A stretch of DNA of 38,357 bases from a virus. A program made the position numbers and the translations under genes. The number at the start of each line of letters is the position of its first letter. The first letter of the stretch is position 1. The stretch spans positions 1-38,357 of IMG/VR virus record IMGVR_UViG_3300025311_000002; one strand, written 5' to 3'. The notes under the pieces were generated by a model, which worked only from the letters and a program-made list of their open reading frames with translations, was not told where the DNA came from and made no database searches. Below, one piece after another: positions 18,618-27,156 of this stretch.

Positions 18618-19475
18618 CTACCGGGCTGCCTTCTCTCGCAAGTATCGGGCCACCTTTGTGCGGTCGCCGGTGCGGTCTGCCTCGGCTTGCAGGCGCTCAA
18701 GCTGCGCATCTTGACTGACTGCGCCACCAGTCGAGGCCACAACGGTCTTTTCTGGTTGCGGCGGGGCCTTACGGCTTCCTACTTTCAATTGGGTCTCCAG
18801 CTTCGCGACGGCGAAGGCAAACGCGATCGGGTCTTTGATGGCCGCCAGATCTTTGGCCTTCGTCGGGTTCTTGCCCAGAGCATAGACGACCAGGGCCGGA
18901 TTGTCAGAACCTTGCAGGATGACGCCTTGCTGCGTCGTGCTGAGCGCTTCCATTACGGCGCCCTCGGCATCTTCGTAATCAGGCGCTTTCAAGTTGGCCT
19001 TGGCCGTTTCGTAGCCAGACAGCCGCGCCTGCCACGCCTTCTGTTGGTTCTCGACCTCGGCGCGCTGCTTGGCCTCGTGCTCTGCCACCTTGATTCGCTG
19101 CTCGTGCCATGCCTCCATAGCAGCCGCGAACTTCTCGGCGTCGTAGGCGTCGCCAGGATTGCCGGTGGGGTTGTCAAACGTCGGCTTGGGGCCGAGCTTC
19201 GGCACGTCGGTGCTTGCCGGCGCTGCCTGGCGCTTGACCTGCTCCTCAAGCTCTCGGATACGCCGCTTATCCTCCCGGTTCTGCTTGCGCAGGTCGCGCA
19301 CCCATTCAGGCGCGGCTGCCTGCTCCTGTTCTTCGGCCAGCTCATCGCCGATGGTGACGATTACGCCTTCCGGCTCCTCGGCCTCTGGCGCCTCAACCTT
19401 CTCTTCCTGCACCTCCACGTCAACAGGAGCGACCTGTTCGATGTGTTCTTCCATCTGTTCCTGCTCTTCGCTCAT
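18618..19475 (-). CDS. Scaffolding protein, 285 aa.
   Basis: It lies between the portal and coat genes. The protein has an acidic N-terminus and is highly charged and helical, with a basic C-terminal helix-turn-helix-like end (...DRTKVARYLREKAAR) like the P22 gp8 coat-binding domain. Confidence 0.75.
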   Translation of the reverse strand: MSEEQEQMEEHIEQVAPVDVEVQEEKVEAPEAEEPEGVIVTIGDELAEEQEQAAAPEWVRDLRKQNREDKRRIRELEEQVKRQAAPASTDVPKLGPKPTFDNPTGNPGDAYDAEKFAAAMEAWHEQRIKVAEHEAKQRAEVENQQKAWQARLSGYETAKANLKAPDYEDAEGAVMEALSTTQQGVILQGSDNPALVVYALGKNPTKAKDLAAIKDPIAFAFAVAKLETQLKVGSRKAPPQPEKTVVASTGGAVSQDAQLERLQAEADRTGDRTKVARYLREKAAR

Positions 19476-19526
19476 TTACCATGCCCCTTGCTCGTCCGAG
19501 TATGCGGCCGGACGGATGCCGCTTGT

Positions 19527-21599
19527 CTATGGTTGCGGTACGGCAACCACGGATACATCAGGCACCGGAGGCGGTTCCGGCGCGAATCTGTCGATCACCT
19601 GCAATGCCTGAACCTGCTCGGCTGCATCGGTCTCGGCAATCGTCTTGATCGTCTTGGCCCTGGTCTCTTCGGCCCTGGCGAGAGTGTACACGGTATCAGC
19701 GCGAGCTTTAACGGCTGACGCCTGAGCCTCCTCTGCCGCAGCCTGGAGATAGAGCGCGTTGGCGTCGGGCTCTCTGTTGGCTTCGGCCGCGGCTAGTTTC
19801 TGCTTCTCTTCCTCGGTCGGCTCGACAACGCCCATGGTGACCAGCTTCTTGCGGTAGAACTTGCGCAGGTCGTCCATGCCCTCGCCTTCCATGTTCATCA
19901 GGGCCGCAGCGCCTAGAACTTGGACGGTCTCGGGATCCGTCGTGATGGCCATTAGGCCGGTCAGAGCGCGCACCACCGCAGCTTTCCGGCTGCTCGACGA
20001 CGGGCCGACATCAACCGCCACGTCGAACTTGGCCGCGGTCAGGTCATTTTCATACTCAACGCCGCCAGGGACGCCAACGGGCTTATTCAGAACGACGGAA
20101 TTGATCTCACCAGTACGGCCGACACCCTTCATCTTGCGGCCATCTTCAACATAGACATCCTTGGCCATCGACAGCCAGACCTCGCCACATCGGCGGACGG
20201 CCTTCGACATGTTCGACATGTAGATATACGCCTGCATGTCGATACGGGCCTGGATCATCTCGACAGCCTTGCCCGAGATATTGGAGACCATCTTATCGGC
20301 TTGCTGCTGATTGCCCATCAGCTCGGCCATATCCTGCTCGGTCAGTTGTAGCAGGGCGGCCATGGCAGGCGGAATCTCCGGAACCTTGGTATATGACGGC
20401 GGGATGATTGCCGGCTGGCCATTGGCGTCTGTGACCGGGTTCATCAGCAGATACGGGTAGTCCTTGATGTTGTCCTGAGACCACATCATCTGATGGCCTG
20501 CCATCTGCTCCGGGGTGAATATAGGTTTCGAGAGGCTGGACAGGGCGGAAATCTCAGCCAGCTTGGACAGCTGCATGTTCTTGAGCCGCTGGCTATCCTT
20601 GGCCGGCCGGACGTGGCCCATGTAGCGCTCAACGCCATCGACGAACCAGCGCTTTCCGTAGACTGGGATAACGGGGATGTTCTTGCCGGCGATATAACCG
20701 CAGTCCTCCAGCACCTTGCCACCGGACAGGATGTACTTGCGCACCTTGCGCGTCTTTGTGATCTTCTCGCCGGCCTGGCGACTGCCGATAGCGGTCAGGC
20801 GGTCTCTCAATTCCTCGTCGCGCTCAAAGTCGTCCTCGGTATAGCGCTCCTCGCTACCGTCGATGCTCTGCCAGATTTCAACCTTGGTCTTGACCTTCTC
20901 GACAACGTAATACTCGGCGACATAGACCAGATTCGGCGTTGCCCAATCAAACTCGCGCTCAGTGACGGTGGCAGGCCAGGTTGACGGCGAATCGCCATAC
21001 TCGGCCTCGTACCCTTCCTGCGTCATCGAATGCAGCACAAAGCAGTGCTTGGCGTCGGCCTTGTTCTGGCGCTTGGCATCGAGGTCGAAGAAAACGGACG
21101 TGTCGGCATCCGGGATCGGTATGATGCGGATACGTTGAGGGCCTTCCTCTTCGTCCTCGTCCTCGTATTCCGTCCGCAGGCGCCATGCACCAAAGCCACC
21201 GCCTACGGCCTCCTCGAATGAGCAGTCATAAGCCTCTTCGGCCCCGGAGTCCTGCTCATCGGCCCGGTATAGGCTGTCCAGCGTGTCAGCTAGGCGCTCA
21301 TCGGCCGAGCCATCCTTGCTGACGAAATCGACCGTAATCCGGTTGTTGCGGTATTCGTTAATCACCCGAGTGACGGCCAGTAGCACCTTGTTGATCTCGA
21401 ACTTTGGCTTATTGGCGAACTGCTCGGCCAAATTGCCTTCCCACTGCGCCCCGGCGATGGAATAGAACCGGCGATCTTGCAGGCACTGCTGCCGGATGTC
21501 CCATGTCGCGCTAAAGATGCGGTCGAACTGGACCAATGCGTCAGCATGGACATTGACTAGGCGCTGCTCGTTGCTGATTCGTGCCATGGTGGCTACCAC
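19527..21599 (-). CDS. Portal protein, P22 gp1 type, 690 aa (686 aa from the ATG at 21587).
   Basis: GAWRLRTEYEDEDEE...ADAKHCFVLHSMTQEGYEAEYG aligns with P22 GAWRLVTDYEDQ...[24 protein letters not shown]. A long helical C-terminal barrel region is present. Confidence 0.9.
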   Translation of the reverse strand: MVATMARISNEQRLVNVHADALVQFDRIFSATWDIRQQCLQDRRFYSIAGAQWEGNLAEQFANKPKFEINKVLLAVTRVINEYRNNRITVDFVSKDGSADERLADTLDSLYRADEQDSGAEEAYDCSFEEAVGGGFGAWRLRTEYEDEDEEEGPQRIRIIPIPDADTSVFFDLDAKRQNKADAKHCFVLHSMTQEGYEAEYGDSPSTWPATVTEREFDWATPNLVYVAEYYVVEKVKTKVEIWQSIDGSEERYTEDDFERDEELRDRLTAIGSRQAGEKITKTRKVRKYILSGGKVLEDCGYIAGKNIPVIPVYGKRWFVDGVERYMGHVRPAKDSQRLKNMQLSKLAEISALSSLSKPIFTPEQMAGHQMMWSQDNIKDYPYLLMNPVTDANGQPAIIPPSYTKVPEIPPAMAALLQLTEQDMAELMGNQQQADKMVSNISGKAVEMIQARIDMQAYIYMSNMSKAVRRCGEVWLSMAKDVYVEDGRKMKGVGRTGEINSVVLNKPVGVPGGVEYENDLTAAKFDVAVDVGPSSSSRKAAVVRALTGLMAITTDPETVQVLGAAALMNMEGEGMDDLRKFYRKKLVTMGVVEPTEEEKQKLAAAEANREPDANALYLQAAAEEAQASAVKARADTVYTLARAEETRAKTIKTIAETDAAEQVQALQVIDRFAPEPPPVPDVSVVAVPQP

Positions 21600-23047
21600 T
21601 TACTCACTGTAGGTATTGGGGCAAAGTCGGCCTTCTTGGCCGCGGGCAGCCGCTGGACCAGATCAACGGCGTCGAACATCGGATCTAGCTGGTCGTCGTG
21701 CGCGCCTGCCGGGAATGTGGCCGCTTCATCCAGGAACTCGGACAGCCAGGGCGCATCCTGTGGCAGCAGCACGTTGCCAGACTCGATGAAGGGCGCGGCA
21801 TCATCTCCCCGGCTGATCTTATCCTTTGACCGAGGAATAGGCAAAACCGGGACGCCCTCACGCCGCAGGGTCTGGATCAGGCCGGTACCGGATACCTTAT
21901 CCTCGACATACATGCCCCGCAGCGTGGCGCCGAGGCTAGAGTGAAGATGCTTCATCCAGAAGGCACGAGCCTGAACAAGCAATTCAGGAGATTCCCACTT
22001 GCCCCTCACCTGGTCAATTAGGACAGCCTCTCCAGTCATCGATCTAGCCCAGCACTGTAGCACCGAGAAATCATGGCGCGTTTCGGTCTTTTGGGCCGTA
22101 TCCACCCCGATAAATCGGAAATCGAGCGGCGGAAGCGCCCGCCAGTAGCGGAACCACGACGTTTTCAGAATGGCACCGCCACGCGGGGATGGCCGCTGCT
22201 GGAGCTGGCCGGCCGTACCGTAGGAGCCAAGGGTTTTCTCAAGCTCGCGCACCTGTTCCTCGCCGAATCGCTCCGGGAACATGAGTTCACCTTCATGCGT
22301 TCGCGGGTCAGTCCAGCCAATAGCCGTCGTACAGCGACGATCAGGCTCAAAGCGCATGGGGATGCACAGATGCACATACGGCAGGCCCATTTCGAGGATG
22401 ACGCCGGAAACGTCCTTCTCATTGAGCCGCTGCATGATGACGACAATGGCCGACTTCTCGGAGTTGACGCGGGTTGGCAGGGTCTCGGTAAAGGCAATGC
22501 GGACCGCGTCCAGCTTGGCCGCGCTGTTGGCGTTGTCGGCGCTCACCGGGTCATCGAGGATTACTCTGTCGCCGCGCACCCCTGTCATGGAGGTAAAGGC
22601 ACGCGCCTGACGTACCCCTTTTTGGGTATTGCCGAACTCGCGCTTGCCGTCCAGGTCAGATGCCAACTCGATTGGCCACAGCGACTGATACCACTCGGAC
22701 TTGATCAAATCGCGACAGCGGCGACTATCACGGATGGCCAGTTGTTCCTCGTGCGCAGTGCCGATAAAGCGCATCTCCGGCAAGCCACGCGGCCCCCATT
22801 CCCAAGCAGGCCAGATAACGCTGGTCAGCAGGCTTTTCATGCTCCCTGGTGGCACGTTAACCAGAAGCCGGGTGATCTCGCCCCTGGTCACAGCCTCAAG
22901 GTGCAGACAGATGGCATCGAGCGCCCAGCCCCACTTGAGCTCAGCGGCCGGCTCCAGCACCTTCCAAGCGCGCTTGGCGAACTCTGCCAGGCTGCGCTTG
23001 CAAAGCTCACGCTCGATGGCGATCAGGTCAGCCGCCGTTATCTGCAT
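21593..23047 (-). CDS. terL: Terminase large subunit, 484 aa.
   Basis: Walker A-like VNVPPGSMKS and Walker B VILDD are present, with a C-terminal RNaseH-like nuclease region (IGVDTA...HDDQLD). The gene lies upstream of the portal gene. Confidence 0.9.
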   Translation of the reverse strand: MQITAADLIAIERELCKRSLAEFAKRAWKVLEPAAELKWGWALDAICLHLEAVTRGEITRLLVNVPPGSMKSLLTSVIWPAWEWGPRGLPEMRFIGTAHEEQLAIRDSRRCRDLIKSEWYQSLWPIELASDLDGKREFGNTQKGVRQARAFTSMTGVRGDRVILDDPVSADNANSAAKLDAVRIAFTETLPTRVNSEKSAIVVIMQRLNEKDVSGVILEMGLPYVHLCIPMRFEPDRRCTTAIGWTDPRTHEGELMFPERFGEEQVRELEKTLGSYGTAGQLQQRPSPRGGAILKTSWFRYWRALPPLDFRFIGVDTAQKTETRHDFSVLQCWARSMTGEAVLIDQVRGKWESPELLVQARAFWMKHLHSSLGATLRGMYVEDKVSGTGLIQTLRREGVPVLPIPRSKDKISRGDDAAPFIESGNVLLPQDAPWLSEFLDEAATFPAGAHDDQLDPMFDAVDLVQRLPAAKKADFAPIPTVSKW

Positions 23048-23543
23048 TGTCTTTGGCGGCCATGATCTGCGCTAGGACATCCGTGGGCAGCTTCGATACA
23101 TCAATCGTCTGCTCAACCTTGATTGGTGCGGTCTCGTCGCCTGCCAGGGCCAGGCGGTCGCCGTACTTGCGTGGAGCGAGTCGGGCCAGCAGCCATTTGC
23201 GGGTGTCCACCTGGAGTTTTTGCTTCTGGACGGCACCAGAATCAGTCATGCCGCTGTCCGTGCTGCCAACCGGCGTGTCTGAGATTCTTACGATGTCGTA
23301 AGCCATTCGGGAGATCAGATCATCTCTAGCGCGCGCATAGATGTCAGCGAGTTTCGGGTCTTTATCTGCCCACAACAGGAACGTGCTGTGCTTGACTCCA
23401 ACCTGCTTGCACGCCGCATAACAGTCGAGCTCATCGTCATTCATCAGCCTGACGATCTCTTTAGCTAGCTCTTCCCGCTCTTCCGGGCTTCTGCGCTCTC
23501 CAGGCTTATGCTTCCCTTTAGCTGGCTTCTTCGCCTCTGTCAT
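23028..23543 (-). CDS. terS: Terminase small subunit, 171 aa from the ATG at 23543.
   Basis: An N-terminal HTH-like region is followed by ARARDDLISRMAYDIVRISD...QKLQVDTRKWLLARLAPRKYGDR, a signature shared by many small terminases. It overlaps the terL start. Confidence 0.75.
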   Translation of the reverse strand: MTEAKKPAKGKHKPGERRSPEEREELAKEIVRLMNDDELDCYAACKQVGVKHSTFLLWADKDPKLADIYARARDDLISRMAYDIVRISDTPVGSTDSGMTDSGAVQKQKLQVDTRKWLLARLAPRKYGDRLALAGDETAPIKVEQTIDVSKLPTDVLAQIMAAKDNADNGG

Positions 23544-23556
23544 TCGATAGCCCCGT

Positions 23557-23769
23557 TTACGCCAACGTCCATGCCACTGCCCCGACAGCGCCAGTCGCCA
23601 TAGCAATGCCCACGTTCAGCCAGACGTGGCATAGACAATACTGGCTCACGCCATTCCCTATTGAGATCAGCATGGACGCCACATTGCTCTGTGAATACCA
23701 GAAGAGCGCATTGATACATGCGATCACTAATACAACGATGCAGCCGAGATAGAATAGCTCCAAGCTCAT
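23557..23769 (-). CDS. Small membrane protein, 70 aa, about 2-3 hydrophobic segments.
   Basis: MSLELFYLGCIVVLVIACINALFWY...VGIAMATGAVGAVAWTLA. Its ATG overlaps the upstream stop (ATGA). Confidence 0.55.
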   Translation of the reverse strand: MSLELFYLGCIVVLVIACINALFWYSQSNVASMLISIGNGVSQYCLCHVWLNVGIAMATGAVGAVAWTLA

Positions 23770-23942
23770 TTTCCGCCCTCAATTCTGTATTCGCATTCAA
23801 AGACGATGATTGCAGGCGGCGCCATACATACTGACCATTCGCCAGTAGTAGGCGCCGTCCTGCGCATGCAGTCCTCGCAACCCTCGCGCCATCCTTCTGA
23901 GTCGCTGCCAACTCCAGCACAGCGAGCGATATCATCCAGCAT
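23766..23942 (-). CDS. Cys-rich micro-protein, 58 aa. It is below the track's size cut-off.
   Basis: My translation is MLDDIARCAGVGSDSEGWREGCEDCMRRTAPTTGEWSVCMAPPAIIVFECEYRIEGGK. The start lies 3 nt after the upstream stop, and the stop overlaps the next ATG (ATGA). Confidence 0.4.
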   Translation of the reverse strand: MLDDIARCAGVGSDSEGWREGCEDCMRRTAPTTGEWSVCMAPPAIIVFECEYRIEGGK

Positions 23943-23945
23943 GGC

Positions 23946-24047
23946 TTACTTCTTTTCCTTCTTGATCTTCTTCCGCAGCTTGTCGCCGTTGACCTTGGAG
24001 CCTTCCTTGTACTTCTCTTTCAGCTTCTCAACTTTCGGGTTTGCCAT
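23946..24047 (-). CDS. Lys-rich micro-protein, 33 aa. It is below the track's size cut-off.
   Basis: My translation is MANPKVEKLKEKYKEGSKVNGDKLRKKIKKEKK. The ATG lies 2 nt after the upstream TGA, with AGGCGAG upstream. Confidence 0.35.
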   Translation of the reverse strand: MANPKVEKLKEKYKEGSKVNGDKLRKKIKKEKK

Positions 24048-24049
24048 GA

Positions 24050-24310
24050 TCAGTCACTCGCCTTGATGTTCTCGTTGAAGTTCTTCATTTCCACTGTGAG
24101 CTTTGCCACATTGACTGTAAGGGAATTTACCGCGCTTACCGTCTCCTTCCAGTCGCTACGCATGACGGTGTTTTCCTTCTCCAGTACGGCGATACGGGTG
24201 ATGATCTCGGCCTCGCTGGATACCTGCCCCTTAACGTATCCGATTCCTGCTGACCCCACGGCAAGCGTTGTGCTCAGCACCCACATTGGGATAGAGACGT
24301 GCTCACTCAT
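24050..24310 (-). CDS. Membrane-anchored coiled-coil protein, 86 aa from the ATG at 24310. Candidate i-spanin-like or class III holin-like lysis component.
   Basis: The N-terminal transmembrane segment is IPMWVLSTTLAVGSAGIGYV. It is followed by a heptad-like region (ITRIAVLEKENTVMRSDWKETVSAVNSLTVNVAKLTVEMKNF). It overlaps the upstream gene by 8 nt. Confidence 0.5.
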   Translation of the reverse strand: MSEHVSIPMWVLSTTLAVGSAGIGYVKGQVSSEAEIITRIAVLEKENTVMRSDWKETVSAVNSLTVNVAKLTVEMKNFNENIKASD

Positions 24311-24482
24311 GGGGCTTGTCCTCCTTGCCTTCTCGGAGGATATACGCCAGGGCCGCACAGAGGCCGGTCAGGGCGTTAATGGGAATGGCCAGATGCGGGA
24401 AGGCCGGAGTGATCGCCTGCAATGCCAGGCCGATGCCCGCCCAGGTGGACGGTTCTTCAAGGCGCAGCTTCTTACGCTTCAT
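24303..24482 (-). CDS. Holin-like small membrane protein, 59 aa from the ATG at 24482.
   Basis: MKRKKLRLEEPSTWAGIGLALQAITPAFPHLAIPINALTGLCAALAYILREGKEDKPHE has a basic N-terminus, two hydrophobic segments and a charged C-terminus. It lies immediately after the endolysin. A longer 101-aa reading from 24608 exists (see findings). Confidence 0.5.
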   Translation of the reverse strand: MKRKKLRLEEPSTWAGIGLALQAITPAFPHLAIPINALTGLCAALAYILREGKEDKPHE

Positions 24483-24963
24483 TTTTCGAGGTCTCCTGAT
24501 CGCTCTTGATGGTAGGCAGCTTGTAGTTCTGGACAGGAATTGCGTACCCTTTCGGCACCCTGTACCCAATAACGCGAGAGTAGTCAAAAGGGCTGATCTT
24601 GACCGCATCGCCCTGGTTACCGCCTAGGACCAGTAACCGGCCATTTTCGTCCTCGCCTACTGCAAACCCTACATGGCCACCGCCCTGGCGACCAAAAACG
24701 ACCACACAGCCGTAAACCGGGCCACCGAGAGGATCACCCCAATTCAGCCAGTCCTTAGCCCGCATCCAGTTCTTAGGCAGGCTGTAGCCGGCTCGGTCCA
24801 TGCAGGCGGCAACGAATACGCCGCACCAGGGAGTCTCATCATCCTTCCACCATGCCCGGAGCTTGCGCAGCCAGGATACAATGGTCGGATTATGCTTTGG
24901 CCCCTTGATCTCTGTAACGCCGATGTGGCCCCTTGCGGCTTTCAGCCAGCCCGGTTCGTTCAT
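24472..24963 (-). CDS. Endolysin, NlpC/P60-CHAP-like cysteine peptidase (TIGR02594-like), 163 aa.
   Basis: A catalytic-type Cys sits in ETPWCGVFVAAC and a His in GGGHVGFAVGED. The N-terminal ...GVTEIKGPKHNPTIVSW motif is typical of this phage peptidase family. Confidence 0.75.
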   Translation of the reverse strand: MNEPGWLKAARGHIGVTEIKGPKHNPTIVSWLRKLRAWWKDDETPWCGVFVAACMDRAGYSLPKNWMRAKDWLNWGDPLGGPVYGCVVVFGRQGGGHVGFAVGEDENGRLLVLGGNQGDAVKISPFDYSRVIGYRVPKGYAIPVQNYKLPTIKSDQETSKNEA

Positions 24964-24998
24964 TGCCTGCCCCCTTGTTTTCCCTAGAGTGTAGCATC

Positions 24999-25241
24999 CT
25001 ACTCGATGGCCTCGCTACCGAACCGCTGGACCAGGCTAGTCAGCGCCCCGAGCATCACAAATACCGAGCCACCCTCGGTAGCATAGCCCGTCAAGACGCC
25101 GCCGTCTGATGTCTGGCCAGCGATGGCCACGGTTACCAGATCGCCAGTCCTGGCCATTGCAAGCGCCTGTTCCAGCTTCTCGATAACCATCGGGTCGGCC
25201 ATCTTAGCGGCCGGAGCAAGGGCGATTACGTTATCGTTCAC
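24999..25241 (-). CDS. Hypothetical protein, 80 aa, GTG start.
   Basis: The GTG is preceded by a strong AGGAGGA Shine-Dalgarno. It occupies the slot where lambdoid phages carry Q but shows no Q-like features. Confidence 0.5.
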   Translation of the reverse strand: MNDNVIALAPAAKMADPMVIEKLEQALAMARTGDLVTVAIAGQTSDGGVLTGYATEGGSVFVMLGALTSLVQRFGSEAIE

Positions 25242-25260
25242 TTCATCCTCCTGGTTAAAT

Positions 25261-25334
<74 letters not shown>

Positions 25335-25422
25335 GTTTTTGGTGCCGCTTACGATAATGCGGCGATGGTGCCGGCCGGGAACCCCCAGCCCTTCTGCCCC
25401 GTTACACAGAGCCGCCATCCGA

Positions 25423-25641
25423 TCAAGCCCGCTGGTTCCACTTCTCTAGCGCACGATGCTCTATCGTGGAGTTGTCGGCATATCCCGGCTTGCTTGAATC
25501 TCCGGTCGCGCCACGCCGCACGAAGCATACGTCACATTCATAGAACACAGTGTCGGCATAGCCGTTGTGATCGCCCCCTCTGCGGAGCTTCTTTTTCGCC
25601 TTCCTGCCACAGAAAGGGCAGGGCAATGGCTCGATTCCCAT
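25423..25641 (-). CDS. Lar-family restriction-alleviation-like zinc-ribbon protein, 72 aa.
   Basis: LPCPFCG...(22 aa)...YECDVCFVRRG...STIEHRALEKWNQRA matches the Lar family pattern: CPFCG, then CxxC, then a C-terminal A..WN.RA. Confidence 0.65.
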   Translation of the reverse strand: MGIEPLPCPFCGRKAKKKLRRGGDHNGYADTVFYECDVCFVRRGATGDSSKPGYADNSTIEHRALEKWNQRA

Positions 25642-25642
25642 A

Positions 25643-25945
25643 TCAGTCCCTGCCTCGCCTTACATGCTGCGTACAGCGCACAATCCTAGTCCCATCCGGC
25701 TCAACCTTGATCACCGGCATCGCCTCGAAAGGTTGCATGCTGCAATCCTCATGCAACCTTTCGCAACTGGCGCACATGCCACCTTTCGTGACTGGGCAGA
25801 CCGTGCCAGTGAATGTCGATCCATCGTCAAACACAACCAATACCGAACAGTTCCCGACATTCGCCTTTTCAATGGCGTCCATAACGTCATTGATTGCCTT
25901 TTTTCTCGCTTCAATCATGGCCATCAAAAGCCGCAAACAGGCCAT
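25643..25945 (-). CDS. Hypothetical Cys-rich protein, 91-100 aa (alternative starts at 25924 and 25918).
   Basis: Open frame translationally coupled to the Lar-like gene (TGAtATG). I recognise no family. Confidence 0.45.
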   Translation of the reverse strand: MACLRLLMAMIEARKKAINDVMDAIEKANVGNCSVLVVFDDGSTFTGTVCPVTKGGMCASCERLHEDCSMQPFEAMPVIKVEPDGTRIVRCTQHVRRGRD

Positions 25946-26153
25946 TAGCCAGGCCAGTTCCGATGGCGCAGCCCATGGCAGGCTCCCAGATTTCCGCCAA
26001 ACTTCCGCCGCACACGATCATTAAGATGCTATATGCGCAACCGGCCAGCAGAAGCGCCATTAACCCCGTCAATAACGCAGTTGCCAGAGCACTAATCATC
26101 TTGTTGGCCATGTCCTTATCCTCATTCATACGCATGCCCGCATGTTCGCCCAT
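25911..26153 (-). CDS. Small lipoprotein or membrane protein. It is 66 aa from the ATG at 26111, which has the best Shine-Dalgarno; the track ORF is 80 aa.
   Basis: From 26111 it reads MANKMISALATALLTGLMALLLAGCAYS..., with a canonical lipobox L-A-G-C at Cys25 after a basic n-region and hydrophobic h-region. A GAGGATAAGGA Shine-Dalgarno lies upstream. Confidence 0.5.
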   Translation of the reverse strand: MGEHAGMRMNEDKDMANKMISALATALLTGLMALLLAGCAYSILMIVCGGSLAEIWEPAMGCAIGTGLANGLFAAFDGHD

Positions 26154-26191
26154 GTGATCGCGCTTTGCAACCCCTAACCTCGCCTAGCCGA

Positions 26192-26317
26192 TCACTTATC
26201 AGCCGCCAGCCATACCACGGCGCCAAAGATCGGCACCATCCACCAGCCCTGTTGCACCACTAGCGCGCCGATGATCATGGCGCAGATCAGGTCAGCCCTC
26301 TGGCTCCCGGTAATCAT
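26192..26317 (-). CDS. Hydrophobic micro-protein, 41 aa. It is below the track's size cut-off.
   Basis: My translation is MITGSQRADLICAMIIGALVVQQGWWMVPIFGAVVWLAADK. Its ATG overlaps the stop of the Ref-like gene (ATGA). Confidence 0.4.
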   Translation of the reverse strand: MITGSQRADLICAMIIGALVVQQGWWMVPIFGAVVWLAADK

Positions 26318-26598
26318 TCGTTCAGCCCCTCGATTGTCATTGCCAATAGGTCAAGTTCATTCAGCTTGTATCGGGCTTCAAAGCCTCGCGTACCGAGACC
26401 GTGAAGGCCGTTCTGTCCTCGGTGGTGCTCTGGGCAAAGCGACACCACCAGAAAGTTGCTGGCTCGCTGCCCCATGCCCTGGCCCTCTCGGACGTGATGA
26501 AGCTCGGCCGGCGTCTCACCGTAGCCCAGATGCCGGCAGAGGATGCAGCCGAGCCTGGCCACCCGATCCATGTGCGCCTTCTCTGCCTTAGTGGCCAT
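26314..26598 (-). CDS. Ref-like (RecA-dependent, HNH-type) nuclease, 94 aa from the ATG at 26598.
   Basis: AHMDRVARLGCILCRHLG...AELHHVREGQG...VSLCPEHHRGQNGLHG matches the phage P1 Ref / RecA_dep_nuc motif arrangement: LGC..C, then HH.R, then C..HH. Confidence 0.65.
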   Translation of the reverse strand: MATKAEKAHMDRVARLGCILCRHLGYGETPAELHHVREGQGMGQRASNFLVVSLCPEHHRGQNGLHGLGTRGFEARYKLNELDLLAMTIEGLNE

Positions 26599-26818
26599 TA
26601 GCGCCCTCTCTTTTCTCGCGAGCGCCTTGCAGAAGCTCATTTGCGCAGTCCAGCAGGTTCTCTAGGCATTCAAGCGAGACTTTCACGCTCTCGCCGTCCT
26701 GCTCGATCACAAAGAACATGGTTCCACCCGCCAGCGTTTCGGGGTCAATGGAAATATCGCACTCAATGCCGCCACTATTGGCCACCTCAAATTCCACCGG
26801 CCGATACGTCATTGTCAT
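26588..26818 (-). CDS. Hypothetical acidic protein, 76 aa.
   Basis: Coupled ORF between the DUF1064 and Ref-like genes. Confidence 0.45.
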   Translation of the reverse strand: MTMTYRPVEFEVANSGGIECDISIDPETLAGGTMFFVIEQDGESVKVSLECLENLLDCANELLQGAREKREGANGH

Positions 26819-27156
26819 ACCTCCCTAATCTCGATGCCATGAATTGCCATGAGCAAATGGCGCTTAATACGGTAGCCCTCAGTGATGACGCCCTTAACAT
26901 CCTCAACCACCTGCTCACCCCGCTCCATATACACAAAATCGGCCACATAACGCAGCGACGGCCGTTTTCGTCCATGTATCCGCACCGATGGCGCCAGTTC
27001 AAACACCACCTGGCGTTGCAGGTCGCTAATCTGGCCGGCTCGCTCCATCAGGCATAGTTCGGCATATCGCCTGGCCTCGCGCAGAGAGTCGAAGGTGATG
27101 CCATCCACCTCGGTCTTGCGGTTGCGGTACTTAGCCCTCACGCCAGACATGGCCAT
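26815..27156 (-). CDS. DUF1064 family protein (phage endonuclease/resolvase-like), 113 aa.
   Basis: KYRNRKTEVDGITFDSLREARRYAELCLMERAGQISDLQRQVVFEL...YVADFVY...VEDVKG is the DUF1064 signature as I recall it. Confidence 0.7.
   Translation of the reverse strand: MAMSGVRAKYRNRKTEVDGITFDSLREARRYAELCLMERAGQISDLQRQVVFELAPSVRIHGRKRPSLRYVADFVYMERGEQVVEDVKGVITEGYRIKRHLLMAIHGIEIREV

Noticed and set aside
23540-23935. 131-aa minus-strand ORF overlapping the micro-gene region and the 70-aa membrane gene.
   Set aside because: Its composition is implausible and it has no Shine-Dalgarno. It is incompatible with the chain of stop/start-coupled small genes (23946-24047, 23766-23942, 23557-23769) that tile the same interval.
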